A stretch of DNA of 64,000 nucleotides from an uncultured Gammaproteobacteria bacterium (GCA_964621305.1 CAZUOM010000002.1:73733-137732); one strand, 5' to 3'. Numbered from the stretch's first letter, positions 42,764 through 52,437 are shown. Notes: generated by a model not told the origin, from the sequence alone. Made by a program: numbers and translations.

Positions 42764-44578
42764 ATGCCAACCGAAAGAGCAGAAGCCAATTTGTTGCCTG
42801 ACTTAACGCCGAATCAGGTACAAGCAAAAAAGCAAATCCTCAATTTATTGAAATCGTTTTCTCCTACAAAGAAAGCGCTTGTGGTCGTTGAGGGGTTTTC
42901 TGGTGTCGGTAAATCGTTTGTTCTCCAACATCTTGAGGCGGAAGCTATGGAAAAAAAATTTATAACGCCTGGTGAGCGAAGGGACATTCAAAGTCTTTTA
43001 GGACAGATAATCTCTGATGCTAGCTGCGCAGGAGCAGTTATAAGTGTTGGTCCAGGTGAAACTAGACTTGGCAAAGAAAATATAGATTTTCTAGCTAGTC
43101 AAGCAGGGCTTAAGACGATTTCTGTCATTTTGCCAGGAATGGACAGAAAAGAAACGGAGGAATATCTTAAAAAAAATTTTTTAACAGTAGCCGAAGCACC
43201 GCTATCAAAAGATCAGTTAGCACGTTATTCTTTAGGGATTCCGTTGTTGGCGAGACGTTTGGTTGAGGGGGCGGTGAACGATCAACAAGCAATAGAATTA
43301 GTTGCCGAATATCTCTACGAAGTCACGCCAAAAGCGCTGTTAGACCCTGAAGTCGGAGTTTTAGAAAATTTTAGACAAGGGTTTTTTCGTCAACCTTTTC
43401 CTCAAGAGATAATTACTCGGCTTACAACAATTATCGTGGAAAAACGGAAACAGTTTTTGACAGAAGGAATACGATCGTATTTGGCAAAAACGAGAGACCG
43501 ATGGAATAAATTAAAAGAAGAGGGAATTGATGAAATTCCTGCCACTCCGCTAACAGAAGAAACCACTCAGATGTATATTCTTTCGGCCATAAATCGGCCC
43601 GAAGCAGCACTTTTCGGAATGATGCGGCACATAGAAATATTGGCGCCCGGCCTAAGCCAAGAAACATTCGAAAAAATACAACACAGTTTGGGGTTTGAGG
43701 TCGGTCGCTATGGTAAGCCAGAGAAGATTCCGAGAGGAAAGATATTTACTATAGAGGACGATAGATTGATTATTGCCGCATTTACCACCGATGGTACAGT
43801 ATACCTTCACGAAGGAAGGAGGGCGCATCAAGAGAACGGAGTTCACGTTGTCACTAACAGCGCAAAAAAAATCGTAGATCGAGCAAGAGCTGCAACATTA
43901 ATCCCAACAGAAACTCCACTTGGTAATGCAATCTATATGGAATATTTTGATCACGGCAATCTTCCAAACGACGCCATCAAAGCCGGCCTCATGGTAGAGA
44001 CGCTTTTGCAACACGTAGGCGTACCCTACTACGCGGTAAATACGTACGCGGGCAAAGAGTACGCGTATGTTCCGGAAGAAAATCGTTATTATATGCCACT
44101 AACTGAACAGACTCTATCTATCCGGGATATCCTTAATAACAAGGGTTTATCTGGTGTTGAAGAAGAGCTTAAAAGCCGAGGTGCTGACGAAGGCGTCATA
44201 CGAGAACACCTAGCTAAAGATCCACGAACGCGGCGGTTGCTTTTCGGAATTCCTAAAAACGTGTCGCTTTCATCCCTTCGGTCTATTTTGGAACAAAAAA
44301 TCAAGTTAGAGACAAATCCTGAGAGGCTGAAGGGGTTTGAATATTTGCAAGAAGATATTAAATTTAGCAGTAGTAGTTCATGGTCACTCTTAAGCGCTAG
44401 AGCAAAACTTGAAGTTTATGAGTTTGAGGCGATCGAAAAATTGAGAAAGATACTGTTTAGCGAGAATTTAGAGGAAAGAGCGAAAGTTGAAAACGGGTTA
44501 GATATGGCCACGGATTATGCCGTTATTCAAAAATTAAAAACTGAGATCACTGCGAAAATAATGAAGACAAGAAAGTAA
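42764..44578 (+). CDS. hypothetical 604-aa protein with N-terminal P-loop NTPase-like domain
   Basis: VVVEGFSGVGKSFVL is Walker A-like. The rest is unrecognised. Confidence 0.55.
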   Translation: MPTERAEANLLPDLTPNQVQAKKQILNLLKSFSPTKKALVVVEGFSGVGKSFVLQHLEAEAMEKKFITPGERRDIQSLLGQIISDASCAGAVISVGPGETRLGKENIDFLASQAGLKTISVILPGMDRKETEEYLKKNFLTVAEAPLSKDQLARYSLGIPLLARRLVEGAVNDQQAIELVAEYLYEVTPKALLDPEVGVLENFRQGFFRQPFPQEIITRLTTIIVEKRKQFLTEGIRSYLAKTRDRWNKLKEEGIDEIPATPLTEETTQMYILSAINRPEAALFGMMRHIEILAPGLSQETFEKIQHSLGFEVGRYGKPEKIPRGKIFTIEDDRLIIAAFTTDGTVYLHEGRRAHQENGVHVVTNSAKKIVDRARAATLIPTETPLGNAIYMEYFDHGNLPNDAIKAGLMVETLLQHVGVPYYAVNTYAGKEYAYVPEENRYYMPLTEQTLSIRDILNNKGLSGVEEELKSRGADEGVIREHLAKDPRTRRLLFGIPKNVSLSSLRSILEQKIKLETNPERLKGFEYLQEDIKFSSSSSWSLLSARAKLEVYEFEAIEKLRKILFSENLEERAKVENGLDMATDYAVIQKLKTEITAKIMKTRK

Positions 44579-44580
44579 TT

Positions 44581-44652
44581 ACAATTCTTCTAGTTTTACT
44601 CTCTCCGCTGGCTGGTCCTTGACAAATTCTGAATTTCTGATATTCTGAAAAT
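44581..44652 (-). pseudogene. duplicated 3'-end remnant of the tyrosine recombinase gene
   Basis: Minus-strand translation FQNIRNSEFVKDQPAERVKLEEL* matches the C-terminus of the intact recombinase (LEFIKGQPAERVKLEEL*). There are synonymous differences. Confidence 0.6.
44598..44632. repeat. left copy of ~35-bp imperfect direct repeat AGTTTTACTCTCTC(C/T)GCTGGCTGG(T/C)CCTTGA
   Basis: Matches 45362-45396 with 3 mismatches. Together they flank the AbrB-PIN cassette. Confidence 0.85.
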
Positions 44653-44913
44653 ATGATCTATACTGCGGTGATTAGACAGCGGGGACAACTCACGGTTCCC
44701 GACCGGATACGGGACATCCTGTCTTGGCTTCGGACCGGATCGGTAGTTGGCATTGAAGTGACTGGTGACGAATTACGCCTTACCCCTCATACGAAGACCA
44801 TGAAACCTATTGACTGGGACGCCTTTTTTTCCAAAATTCACTTAGCACGGTCATTTCGGGGGAAACGGGGAAACCTTTCTGCTGCGGTGGCAGAAGATAG
44901 AGAGAATCATTAG
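44653..44913 (+). CDS. AbrB/MazE-type antitoxin
   Basis: MIYTAVIRQRGQLTVPDRIRDILSWLRTGSVVGIEV is the SpoVT/AbrB motif. Confidence 0.7.
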   Translation: MIYTAVIRQRGQLTVPDRIRDILSWLRTGSVVGIEVTGDELRLTPHTKTMKPIDWDAFFSKIHLARSFRGKRGNLSAAVAEDRENH

Positions 44914-44914
44914 C

Positions 44915-45343
44915 ATGGTCAAACCGACAAAATTAGTCGTCGACTCTTCAGTATTGGTGAAGTGGGTAAATAGCCAGGATGAACAATATCTTGCACAAGC
45001 CGACGCCATAGCCCGCGACTGCAGAAGGGGAAAAGTCCTCTTGCTAGCCCCGGAATTAGCAAAGTACGAAGTAGCTAATGCACTGTGGAAAAAGGGGCTG
45101 CCGGCGCCGCAAGCCCAAGCATCTCTGGGAACGATTTACGTCTCCCCAGTAGAGTTTGTGAAGCAGGATGAGCAACAGGCGATGCGAGCAATGGAGATAG
45201 CCATCGCCACCCCGATGACCTTTTACGACGCCTCATCTTTAAGCCTTGCGGAATCTGTTGGAGCCACACTCGTTACAGATAATCCAAAACATCAGAAGAA
45301 GGTAAAAGGAGTAAAAGTAGTTTCGCTCAAAGACTATCAGTAA
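44915..45343 (+). CDS. PIN-domain toxin
   Basis: LVVDSSVLVKWVNSQDE... Confidence 0.75.
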   Translation: MVKPTKLVVDSSVLVKWVNSQDEQYLAQADAIARDCRRGKVLLLAPELAKYEVANALWKKGLPAPQAQASLGTIYVSPVEFVKQDEQQAMRAMEIAIATPMTFYDASSLSLAESVGATLVTDNPKHQKKVKGVKVVSLKDYQ

Positions 45344-45348
45344 TTTCT

Positions 45349-46215
45349 CTAGAGCTCCTCGAGTTTTACTCTCTCTGCTGGCTGGCCCTTGATGAACTCG
45401 AGGTATTTTTCCGTCGTCGAGAGGCGCTTGTGGCCGACGAGTTTACTTAGGGTGGTGATTGGCGTTCCCGCCATCAGGTGGTGGGCGATGAATGTGTGAC
45501 GGAGGTCGTTAACCTTGGCATCCTCAATGCCTGCCACTTTGAAATATCGGTCTATAGCGGTCCGGATATTACGGATAAGAAGAGGCTTGCCGGTTTTGGT
45601 AATAAAGAGTGCTTTACTCTTGATATTATCGCCGCGTATTATGACATAACGAGCGATTGCGTCCTTGGCTGCTTTGTTTAGCGGGATGCTTCGTTCCGCA
45701 TGCCCCTCTTGCGCGGCGATGTGGAGCTGGTTGTCTTTGATATCTTCAGTTGCCAAGTTAGCTAGTTCGCCGATACGTATACCGGTTTGCAAAAACAGCT
45801 CGACGATGGCATAAGTACGAATGTCTCCGCGGCAGGCATCACGAAGCGCCCGGTATTCCAGTTTGGACAAAATGCGGGGCGGCTTGATCTCATACTTGGG
45901 ATGCTCAATTTCTCTAGCCGGATCTACAGCGATAGCACCGCCTGACTTGAGGAACCGGAAAAAAGTTTTGATCGAGTTGATTTTGCGAGAAATGGACTTG
46001 GCCTTGTAATTGTCGCTTCCTAGTTTTTTGATGAATGCCTCTAATTCGTCCAGTGATACATCTAGTACAGCTTTTACCCCCATATTCTCGAGGAATGAGA
46101 CTAACTGTTCAATATCTTTGTGATATGCTACGATTGTGGCTTTGGCACGGCGGCGGCTACCGAGGTAGTCGGTAAATTGGGCATGTGCGGCTCGAAGGTC
46201 GGGTGTAGTAGCCAT
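45349..46215 (-). CDS. tyrosine site-specific recombinase (XerC/XerD-like)
   Basis: 288 aa. N-terminal core-binding domain and catalytic region with R...HxxR...Y (DLRHTFIAHHLMAGTPITTLSKLVGHKRLSTTEKYLEF). Confidence 0.85.
   Translation of the reverse strand: MATTPDLRAAHAQFTDYLGSRRRAKATIVAYHKDIEQLVSFLENMGVKAVLDVSLDELEAFIKKLGSDNYKAKSISRKINSIKTFFRFLKSGGAIAVDPAREIEHPKYEIKPPRILSKLEYRALRDACRGDIRTYAIVELFLQTGIRIGELANLATEDIKDNQLHIAAQEGHAERSIPLNKAAKDAIARYVIIRGDNIKSKALFITKTGKPLLIRNIRTAIDRYFKVAGIEDAKVNDLRHTFIAHHLMAGTPITTLSKLVGHKRLSTTEKYLEFIKGQPAERVKLEEL
45362..45396. repeat. right copy of the direct repeat, lying in the 3' coding end of the recombinase gene
   Basis: See 44598-44632. Confidence 0.85.
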
Positions 46216-46264
46216 AGAATGTACCCTATAATATCATACACCAAGACACTACGCAAGCACCACA

Positions 46265-46636
46265 ATGTTATACGTTTACAGAAAAACCCATTTAGTTCAT
46301 ATCCTCATAGTTGGGGTGAGTTTGCTTGTGGCTGTTACACTTTCTCGATCGGTATACAACCTTTGGAAGAAACATAACGTTGTCGGCAAGCGCGCAGAAA
46401 TACTTGCGATGGAACAAAGAGAGAACGAACGATTACAACAAGAGCTAATTGACGTACAAAAGCCAGAATTTATAGAAAAAGAAGTTCGTGAGAAGTTGGG
46501 CATGGCACGGGATGGGGAGGTAGTCGTCATACTACCGAAAGTACAGCCACCAGCTGACAAATTAGGCCTTAGAGATGGCAAAAAACAAACAAAAGAGACT
46601 TTTTATTGGTTACAATGGTGGGAAATTTTCTTTTAG
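46265..46636 (+). CDS. FtsB/DivIC-like septum formation initiator
   Basis: N-terminal TM then coiled coil (ENERLQQELIDVQKPEFIEKEVREKLGM). Confidence 0.6.
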   Translation: MLYVYRKTHLVHILIVGVSLLVAVTLSRSVYNLWKKHNVVGKRAEILAMEQRENERLQQELIDVQKPEFIEKEVREKLGMARDGEVVVILPKVQPPADKLGLRDGKKQTKETFYWLQWWEIFF

Positions 46637-48345
46637 CATATATGGTCAATCTCTTGTTTATTTTTTTATGGTTTTTTATGGCTCTGCCTGTGTACGCTCA
46701 AACATGCGACCCCGTGTGTACCAATGCAGACGAGTGTAAAGAGAAAATTGCCAAGTGCCAGGAAGCGTGGAACATGATGGAGTCAGCTAAAAAGCCTCAC
46801 GTTGATACATTGAAAAAAGTGGAAGCGGACATTGTCTCATTTCAGGAGCGCATTAAGGCGTTAGAAGTGGACATTGCCCGGAAGGCAGCTGCAATTGTTG
46901 TAAGAGAAAAAGAGCTTATTGGTTATCTGGTCGTTACCACGCGACGAGTACGACAGTTTTATATTCGAAGCTTTGCTGCAAATCCTTTAACTCTCTTTTT
47001 TTCATCAACATCAGCTGGATCGTTTCTTCGGACACTGGGCTACCAACAGACAGTTATTAATGAAGACAAGAAGGTAATAACCCAGACAGCTGTTTCTGTC
47101 CATGATTTGGAGGAACGCAAGCAGAGGTTAGAAAAAGAACGAGGCGCGCTTGCGTACATTAAAGCAGAAACAGATCGACGAGCAGAGTCTGTGAGAAAAC
47201 TCGTAGGGGAAGCAACAGCATATCAGTTAAAAGTATCCGGCATTATCGTAAGGCTCACCACCCAACAACAGGCGATACTCACTGCCCGATCGGGAACATT
47301 CACAACGAGCGTTGGAGATGTTCCTTTGGCGGACGACCCAAACTCAAGTCCTGAGTATGATCCGGGCTTTCGTCCTGCTTATGCGGGTTTTTCGTTTGGT
47401 GCCTATACGCACAAAAAAGGCATGAGCCAGTATGGAGCCAAAGGGAGAGCCGATTCTGGACAAAACTATCGGGACATATTACGAGCATATTATGGCAGAG
47501 AACCGTCGGAGAAGGATACAGGAGGATCAATTAGCGTTGCTGGGTTTGGCAGCATGGATTTTGAAACGAATTATCTTCTGGGTATAGCCGAGATGCCGTC
47601 GAATTTTCCTAAAGAGGCGCTGAAGGCTCAAGCAGTTGCCGCCAGAACATATGCTTGGCGGTACAAAAATTCGGGACAAACGATTTGCACGACGCAATCG
47701 TGTCAGGTGTTTTCTAAATCAAAAGCAGAGAACCCACCGGGCGAGTGGCGCTCAGCTGTTGAAGAAACACGGGGGCAGGTGTTGGATGAGGTTGTCGGTT
47801 ACTACTCATCCACAACTGGTGGCTATATCAACACTATTGGTTGGGATACCACATGTGGAAACGGCGGTTGTTGGACCGGCGGAGCGTATGAAAAAATAGC
47901 CGGATCGCCGTGGTTTTACAAAGGTTGGTATACGGCCGATTACTACAATTCGTCTGGTAAATGTGGTCGGTCGCACCCGTGGCTCACAGTCGAAGAATTT
48001 GCCGATATTATAAATTCATGGATTGTTCGTAAAAACGGGTCAGTTGATGATGCGAGCCATATTTTGCCAACTACGATAAACAGTTGTCCGATAGCTGGAA
48101 CAAGTGGCAATCCTTACTCTATGGAGGAGATGCGTACGAAAGCCTCTAGCATGGGAGGAGCAGTGACGTCTATTGCCAGTGTTTCAGTTTCCTACAACAG
48201 CGGTGGTTATACGGAAAACGTCATACTGCAAACCAATCGCGGTGGCTTGACGATACCCGGAGGCGAATTTAAAGAATCATTTAACTTACGAGCCCCAGGA
48301 TACATTTCCATCAGAAGCGCGTTATTTAATATAGAAAAAAAGTAG
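46606..48345 (+). CDS. secreted SpoIID/LytB-domain protein with N-terminal coiled coil
   Basis: Signal peptide. ...EALKAQAVAARTYAWRYKN...CTTQSCQVF...YYSSTTGGY is the SpoIID/LytB signature. Confidence 0.75.
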   Translation: MVTMVGNFLLAYMVNLLFIFLWFFMALPVYAQTCDPVCTNADECKEKIAKCQEAWNMMESAKKPHVDTLKKVEADIVSFQERIKALEVDIARKAAAIVVREKELIGYLVVTTRRVRQFYIRSFAANPLTLFFSSTSAGSFLRTLGYQQTVINEDKKVITQTAVSVHDLEERKQRLEKERGALAYIKAETDRRAESVRKLVGEATAYQLKVSGIIVRLTTQQQAILTARSGTFTTSVGDVPLADDPNSSPEYDPGFRPAYAGFSFGAYTHKKGMSQYGAKGRADSGQNYRDILRAYYGREPSEKDTGGSISVAGFGSMDFETNYLLGIAEMPSNFPKEALKAQAVAARTYAWRYKNSGQTICTTQSCQVFSKSKAENPPGEWRSAVEETRGQVLDEVVGYYSSTTGGYINTIGWDTTCGNGGCWTGGAYEKIAGSPWFYKGWYTADYYNSSGKCGRSHPWLTVEEFADIINSWIVRKNGSVDDASHILPTTINSCPIAGTSGNPYSMEEMRTKASSMGGAVTSIASVSVSYNSGGYTENVILQTNRGGLTIPGGEFKESFNLRAPGYISIRSALFNIEKK

Positions 48346-48358
48346 TATACTAGCCCAA

Positions 48359-48943
48359 ATGACTACGCATTTTGCCGGTGGCAAGCACATGGGACCGCTA
48401 GCTGCCTTTGCAATTAATCCGAAAGGACTGCGGTTCGAGACCCAGCAAGAAGATGAGACGGTGCTGTTGTTTTTACGGCAGCACTTGGTGGTTAATGTAC
48501 CCTGGATTTTTTTGACTATTTTTTTGCTGGTTGCCCCTTTTGTTTTATTTCCGACGGTCGTAGGGTCTATTGCTCCGATCATAATTCCGGCAAATTATAG
48601 CACCGTGAGCATTCTTGTTTGGTATTTAGTGACATTTGGATTTGCTTTTAGTAGCTTTTTGAAGTGGTTTTTTAATATTTACATCGTTACCAACGAGCGG
48701 ATTGTAGATATAGATTTTCTTCATCTTCTCTATAAACAGTTTTCTGAGGCAAGACTTGTCAACATACAAGACATCACCTATAAAACCGGTGGCATTATAG
48801 AAACGATGTTTAATTTTGGTACCGTGCTCGTTCAGACTGCCGGGACGGCTCCTAATTTTGAGTTTGGCGCAGTTCCCAATCCAGACCAGATTGTCAAAAT
48901 CATCTCTGAAGCCGCCGAGGAGGCAAAAAAACGAGGTGTATGA
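48359..48943 (+). CDS. bacterial PH-domain (YdbS/YdbT-like) membrane protein
   Basis: Two TM helices followed by a bPH_2-like domain (TNERIVDIDF). Confidence 0.55.
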   Translation: MTTHFAGGKHMGPLAAFAINPKGLRFETQQEDETVLLFLRQHLVVNVPWIFLTIFLLVAPFVLFPTVVGSIAPIIIPANYSTVSILVWYLVTFGFAFSSFLKWFFNIYIVTNERIVDIDFLHLLYKQFSEARLVNIQDITYKTGGIIETMFNFGTVLVQTAGTAPNFEFGAVPNPDQIVKIISEAAEEAKKRGV

Positions 48944-49161
48944 TCATCAGTCAACTACCAACGGTTGCGCTTTTTGGGTTTAAAATCCTCCTCCTTGTTG
49001 GTCTTGGGGTTTACACGATTTTTGCCATGGTCATGATGCAGCAGACGCGGCTCATGACCAACGTGTTTAACGATTCTTTTGAAACAGTGCTTAAGATCAT
49101 TTCACTTTTCCATTTGGTTGCCGCAATTGCTCTCCTTCTTCTGGCAACGGTTATCTTATAA
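48940..49161 (+). CDS. small membrane protein
   Basis: 73 aa, two hydrophobic helices, ATGA-coupled to the upstream gene. Confidence 0.4.
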   Translation: MIISQLPTVALFGFKILLLVGLGVYTIFAMVMMQQTRLMTNVFNDSFETVLKIISLFHLVAAIALLLLATVIL

Positions 49162-49176
49162 CGATTATAATGATTC

Positions 49177-50973
49177 TTGATGAGAATCAAACCAACGGTT
49201 GATCCTGTGGTTGGACCAACTGATGATACACACTGGGGACAGGTTCTTATTCTCCCAAATGCCTATGGTGTTATTGAGGTTTTTGATCTCGATGGAGCTG
49301 CGCGCGATATCGGACTTCGTCTCTTGAGTACTCTTTCCGATCAGCTGGCTGAGCCAGTCGTAAGCCTTATAGACGTTGAAACGTGTGTTCAGCGGGTGGT
49401 CGATCCCAAACTGACAAGCCTCATCGTTCTTGTGCCTGTAGGAGTGGTGGCGTATCTAGTCTGTAAAGATAGCGGCGCCGTATATTTGAAGCGCGATGGA
49501 AGGATCGCAAGATTGTTAGCTAATACAGGATCAGTTTCCGGAAAGCTTGTTGTTGGAGATACATTACTTGTTATGACAAAGCGATTTGTAGAAACCATAG
49601 GGGAAGCAGAGATCGCATTAATATTTGATCACGAAGACCCAAAGACCATCTCTGAGAAACTGACAGTACAACTATCAAGATCAGAAAGCGCGGCTGGTGC
49701 TGCTGGTTTGGTTTTCGGTGTTAGGAGTCTCATGCCCATGGAGGGCGAAGAGAGCGTATCAATGGTACCAAAAAAAGCGCTAGCGGGACGCGTCGGGCGC
49801 ATGATCCACAAGACAATGCCAAAAGCAACTCACTTTTGGCATACTGTGCGTGATCGAGCGCGAAGGAAAAACAGTGCGATTTTAGCCATTGCAATTTTTT
49901 CTTTCATACTCTTTATTGGGAGTGTACTATTGGGTGTGAAAAAACAGCTGAGGTTAAGGGTCGACACGCAGATCGTTGGAGCAATGATTGAAGCTCAGCA
50001 TGCATTCAATGAAGGGGTGGCACTTTTAGATCTTAACTCCGTAAAGGGCAGAGAGCGACTGAGTCAAGCAAAGAGGATTCTGGATCCCTTGGCTGCCACG
50101 GTTTCTGCAAAAACAAAAACCGGCAGGCACATCGTGGCGCTTTCGAAGGAAGTTGATAGTCGGCTGAGTCTGGCCATGCAGGTTCATCGTGGAGAGCCTC
50201 AGTTATTTTATGATACTGGGCTTCTTAAAAAGGGTGCCGTCGCATCCTCGGTTGCCCTTGTATCAGAGCGCATGGCGTTGCTGGATGCCAGCGGAAAAAC
50301 TGTGTTTTTTCTTAACTTGGTATCAAAAAACGGTCAAATCGTCGCTGGCGGTGAACAGTTTTCCGGTTCCCGTTTCGTCGCCATGCAAGGAGACAAGGTT
50401 TATGTGCTCGTTGCCGATGGCATTCATATGATCCGTACAGAAGACAAAAAGACCGAGCCGCTCATTGTCAAAAGAGACAGCGAGTGGGGCAGCATTGCTG
50501 ACCTTGTCGCTTATGGAGGCAATCTCTATCTTCTCGACCTTGCCCGCGGCCGGATCTGGAAATATGTGTCAACCGGAGCAGGTTTCAGCGAGCGCCGCGA
50601 ATACTTAAATCCCGATACTCTTCCAGATTTTACTTGGGCGACTACCATGGTTATTGACGGATCGGTGTGGCTGGGAACCAACGAGGGCAAAATCCTACGA
50701 TTTACCCAGGGACAGGAACAGACGTTTTTGCCCAAAGGGGTTGCGCCGCCCCTTGGCAGAGATCTTGCCGTCTATACAAGCGACGAGGCATCGCGTGTCT
50801 ACATTTTAGACCGAGAGAATAAGCGGGTGGTTATGCTTGAAAAAGACGGCACGTATCTGTCTCAATACGTTTGGGAAGGCGCTATCAAACCAACACAATT
50901 TGTTGTTTCTGAAATCCTCAAAACTATTTTTCTCCTTTACGATGGTAAAGTTTACAACCTGGAGCTCAAATGA
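49177..50973 (+). CDS. hypothetical 598-aa membrane protein (central TM; C-terminal repeat-rich, possibly beta-propeller-like extracytoplasmic domain)
   Basis: Long ORF, TM helix SAILAIAIFSFILFIGSVLLGV, repeated G..YLLD/GS.WLGT motifs. Confidence 0.55.
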   Translation: MMRIKPTVDPVVGPTDDTHWGQVLILPNAYGVIEVFDLDGAARDIGLRLLSTLSDQLAEPVVSLIDVETCVQRVVDPKLTSLIVLVPVGVVAYLVCKDSGAVYLKRDGRIARLLANTGSVSGKLVVGDTLLVMTKRFVETIGEAEIALIFDHEDPKTISEKLTVQLSRSESAAGAAGLVFGVRSLMPMEGEESVSMVPKKALAGRVGRMIHKTMPKATHFWHTVRDRARRKNSAILAIAIFSFILFIGSVLLGVKKQLRLRVDTQIVGAMIEAQHAFNEGVALLDLNSVKGRERLSQAKRILDPLAATVSAKTKTGRHIVALSKEVDSRLSLAMQVHRGEPQLFYDTGLLKKGAVASSVALVSERMALLDASGKTVFFLNLVSKNGQIVAGGEQFSGSRFVAMQGDKVYVLVADGIHMIRTEDKKTEPLIVKRDSEWGSIADLVAYGGNLYLLDLARGRIWKYVSTGAGFSERREYLNPDTLPDFTWATTMVIDGSVWLGTNEGKILRFTQGQEQTFLPKGVAPPLGRDLAVYTSDEASRVYILDRENKRVVMLEKDGTYLSQYVWEGAIKPTQFVVSEILKTIFLLYDGKVYNLELK

Positions 50974-51413
50974 CCATCATTAACCGCCGCGCCACACATG
51001 ACTACACTATTCTTGACCGCTTCGAGGCGGGGATCCATCTCGTGGGCGCTGAAGTAAAATCTCTTAAAGGCGGCCATGCGTCACTTGACGGTGCGTTTGT
51101 CCGGCTGATTGGTTCTGAAGCATACCTGGTCAACGCTCAAATTTTTCCATACATTTACGCGCGTCCTGAGGGCTACGACCCAAAGCGCACCAGAAAACTT
51201 CTCCTTCATAAAAAAGAAATCATGAGCTTGAGAGGAAAAATTGAAGGAGCAAATTTGACTCTCGTCCCCCTTTCTTGGTATACTAGAGGGCCCTTAGTCA
51301 AGCTCGAAGTTGGCCTAGCCCGCGGCAAGAAGCAGTTCGAAAAACGCGAAGCAAAGCGTCATGCCGACATTAAGCGAGAGCTGGAGCAGGATTATCGGGG
51401 GAAAGTAAAGTAA
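50970..51413 (+). CDS. smpB: SsrA-binding protein SmpB
   Basis: INRRATHDYTILDRFEAGIHLVGAEVKSLK is a classic SmpB sequence. Confidence 0.9.
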   Translation: MTIINRRATHDYTILDRFEAGIHLVGAEVKSLKGGHASLDGAFVRLIGSEAYLVNAQIFPYIYARPEGYDPKRTRKLLLHKKEIMSLRGKIEGANLTLVPLSWYTRGPLVKLEVGLARGKKQFEKREAKRHADIKRELEQDYRGKVK

Positions 51414-51418
51414 ATTTT

Positions 51419-51811
51419 GGGGATGAGTGATTCGACGGGGAGAGCACGTTAAAAACTGCAAGCCGGCGATGACAAAAGAGCCGTAAAAATTTGTCAAATC
51501 TAACTGCTAATATTATTAGCGAGGAAGACGAGCAAGCGCTTCTTGCGTTAGCTCTCTCCCGACGTCAAGCACGATTGGCTTTTGCCTATCAAGCGTAAAC
51601 GTCCATCTCTAAAGTTGTTTTCTCGGTGACTCTCTTGAGGTGTAAAAACAGCCGAGGCGTCAGGAGTCAATTGACCGATTGATTCCGGAGTAAAAGGTCA
51701 AACCATTGTACGGTTTTTGTCCGTTTTTATCGTATAATGTATCAAACGGACTACGCTTGTAGATGTTTAGATGTGCTCCTTCGGACCCGGGTTCATTACC
51801 CGGCATCTCCA
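51419..51811 (+). ncRNA. ssrA: tmRNA (ssrA)
   Basis: 5' GGGGATGAGTGATTCGACGGGG (canonical GGGG.UG...GAUUCGACGGGG). 3' tRNA-like end GGACCCGGGTTCATTACCCGGCATCTCC-A with acceptor pairing GGGGATG/CATCTCC including the G3-U70 Ala identity pair. About 393 nt, immediately downstream of smpB. GCT resume codon at nt 88. Confidence 0.85.
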
Positions 51812-51813
51812 CA

Positions 51814-52437
51814 GTGGGAATTTTAGATTTTATTTTTCCGAAGCGCTGCCTGGGGTGCGGGAGGACCGGAAAATATTTTTGTGACAGGTGCAGAAGAGAG
51901 ATCAGAACAATTGAAACGCGCGAGAGGGCAACAGGCAGCCTCGACGGCTTGACAAGCTTTTTTCGTTACGACAGTCTTGTCAGACAAGCAATAAAAGCGC
52001 TCAAATATAGCTTCGTCTCCGACCTTGCTCACGAATTTATTTCTCTTATCCCACAATCATCGTTTTTTCGTCTCCCTAAGTACTCTGTTCTCGTGCCGAT
52101 TCCATTGCATTCGGCACGGTTGCGGCATCGCGGTTTTAACCAAGCAGAACTTTTAGGAAATTTGATTGCACAAAAGCTATCTATTCCGATGCGAACTGAC
52201 ATATTGGTCCGTACGCAAAAAACCACTCCCCAAGTAGAAATGAAGGATAGAGAAAAAAGGCTAAAAAATATGCATAATGTTTTTTCGGTTAGCTCTTCAA
52301 CAATTCAACAATTTAACAATGCAACAATTTTTCTTTTCGACGATGTCTTCACCACCGGTGCCACCATGCGCTCAGCAGCAACCGCGCTTAAGCGGAACGG
52401 GGTAGGATTTGTTTTGGGTATCACGATGGCACGGTGA
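51814..52437 (+). CDS. comF: ComF-family phosphoribosyltransferase (competence protein ComFC)
   Basis: GTG start taken so the gene does not overlap tmRNA. ...ILDFIFPKRCLGCG...CDRC is the Zn-finger N-terminus. PRT motif IFLFDDVFTTGATM. Confidence 0.7.
   Translation: MGILDFIFPKRCLGCGRTGKYFCDRCRREIRTIETRERATGSLDGLTSFFRYDSLVRQAIKALKYSFVSDLAHEFISLIPQSSFFRLPKYSVLVPIPLHSARLRHRGFNQAELLGNLIAQKLSIPMRTDILVRTQKTTPQVEMKDREKRLKNMHNVFSVSSSTIQQFNNATIFLFDDVFTTGATMRSAATALKRNGVGFVLGITMAR

Noticed and set aside
51763-51813. ATG-initiated N-terminal extension of comF (MFRCAPSDPGSLPGISTV)
   Set aside because: It overlaps the 3' tRNA-like domain of tmRNA. A GTG start at 51814 gives the canonical ComFC N-terminus (ILDFIFPKRCLGCG).
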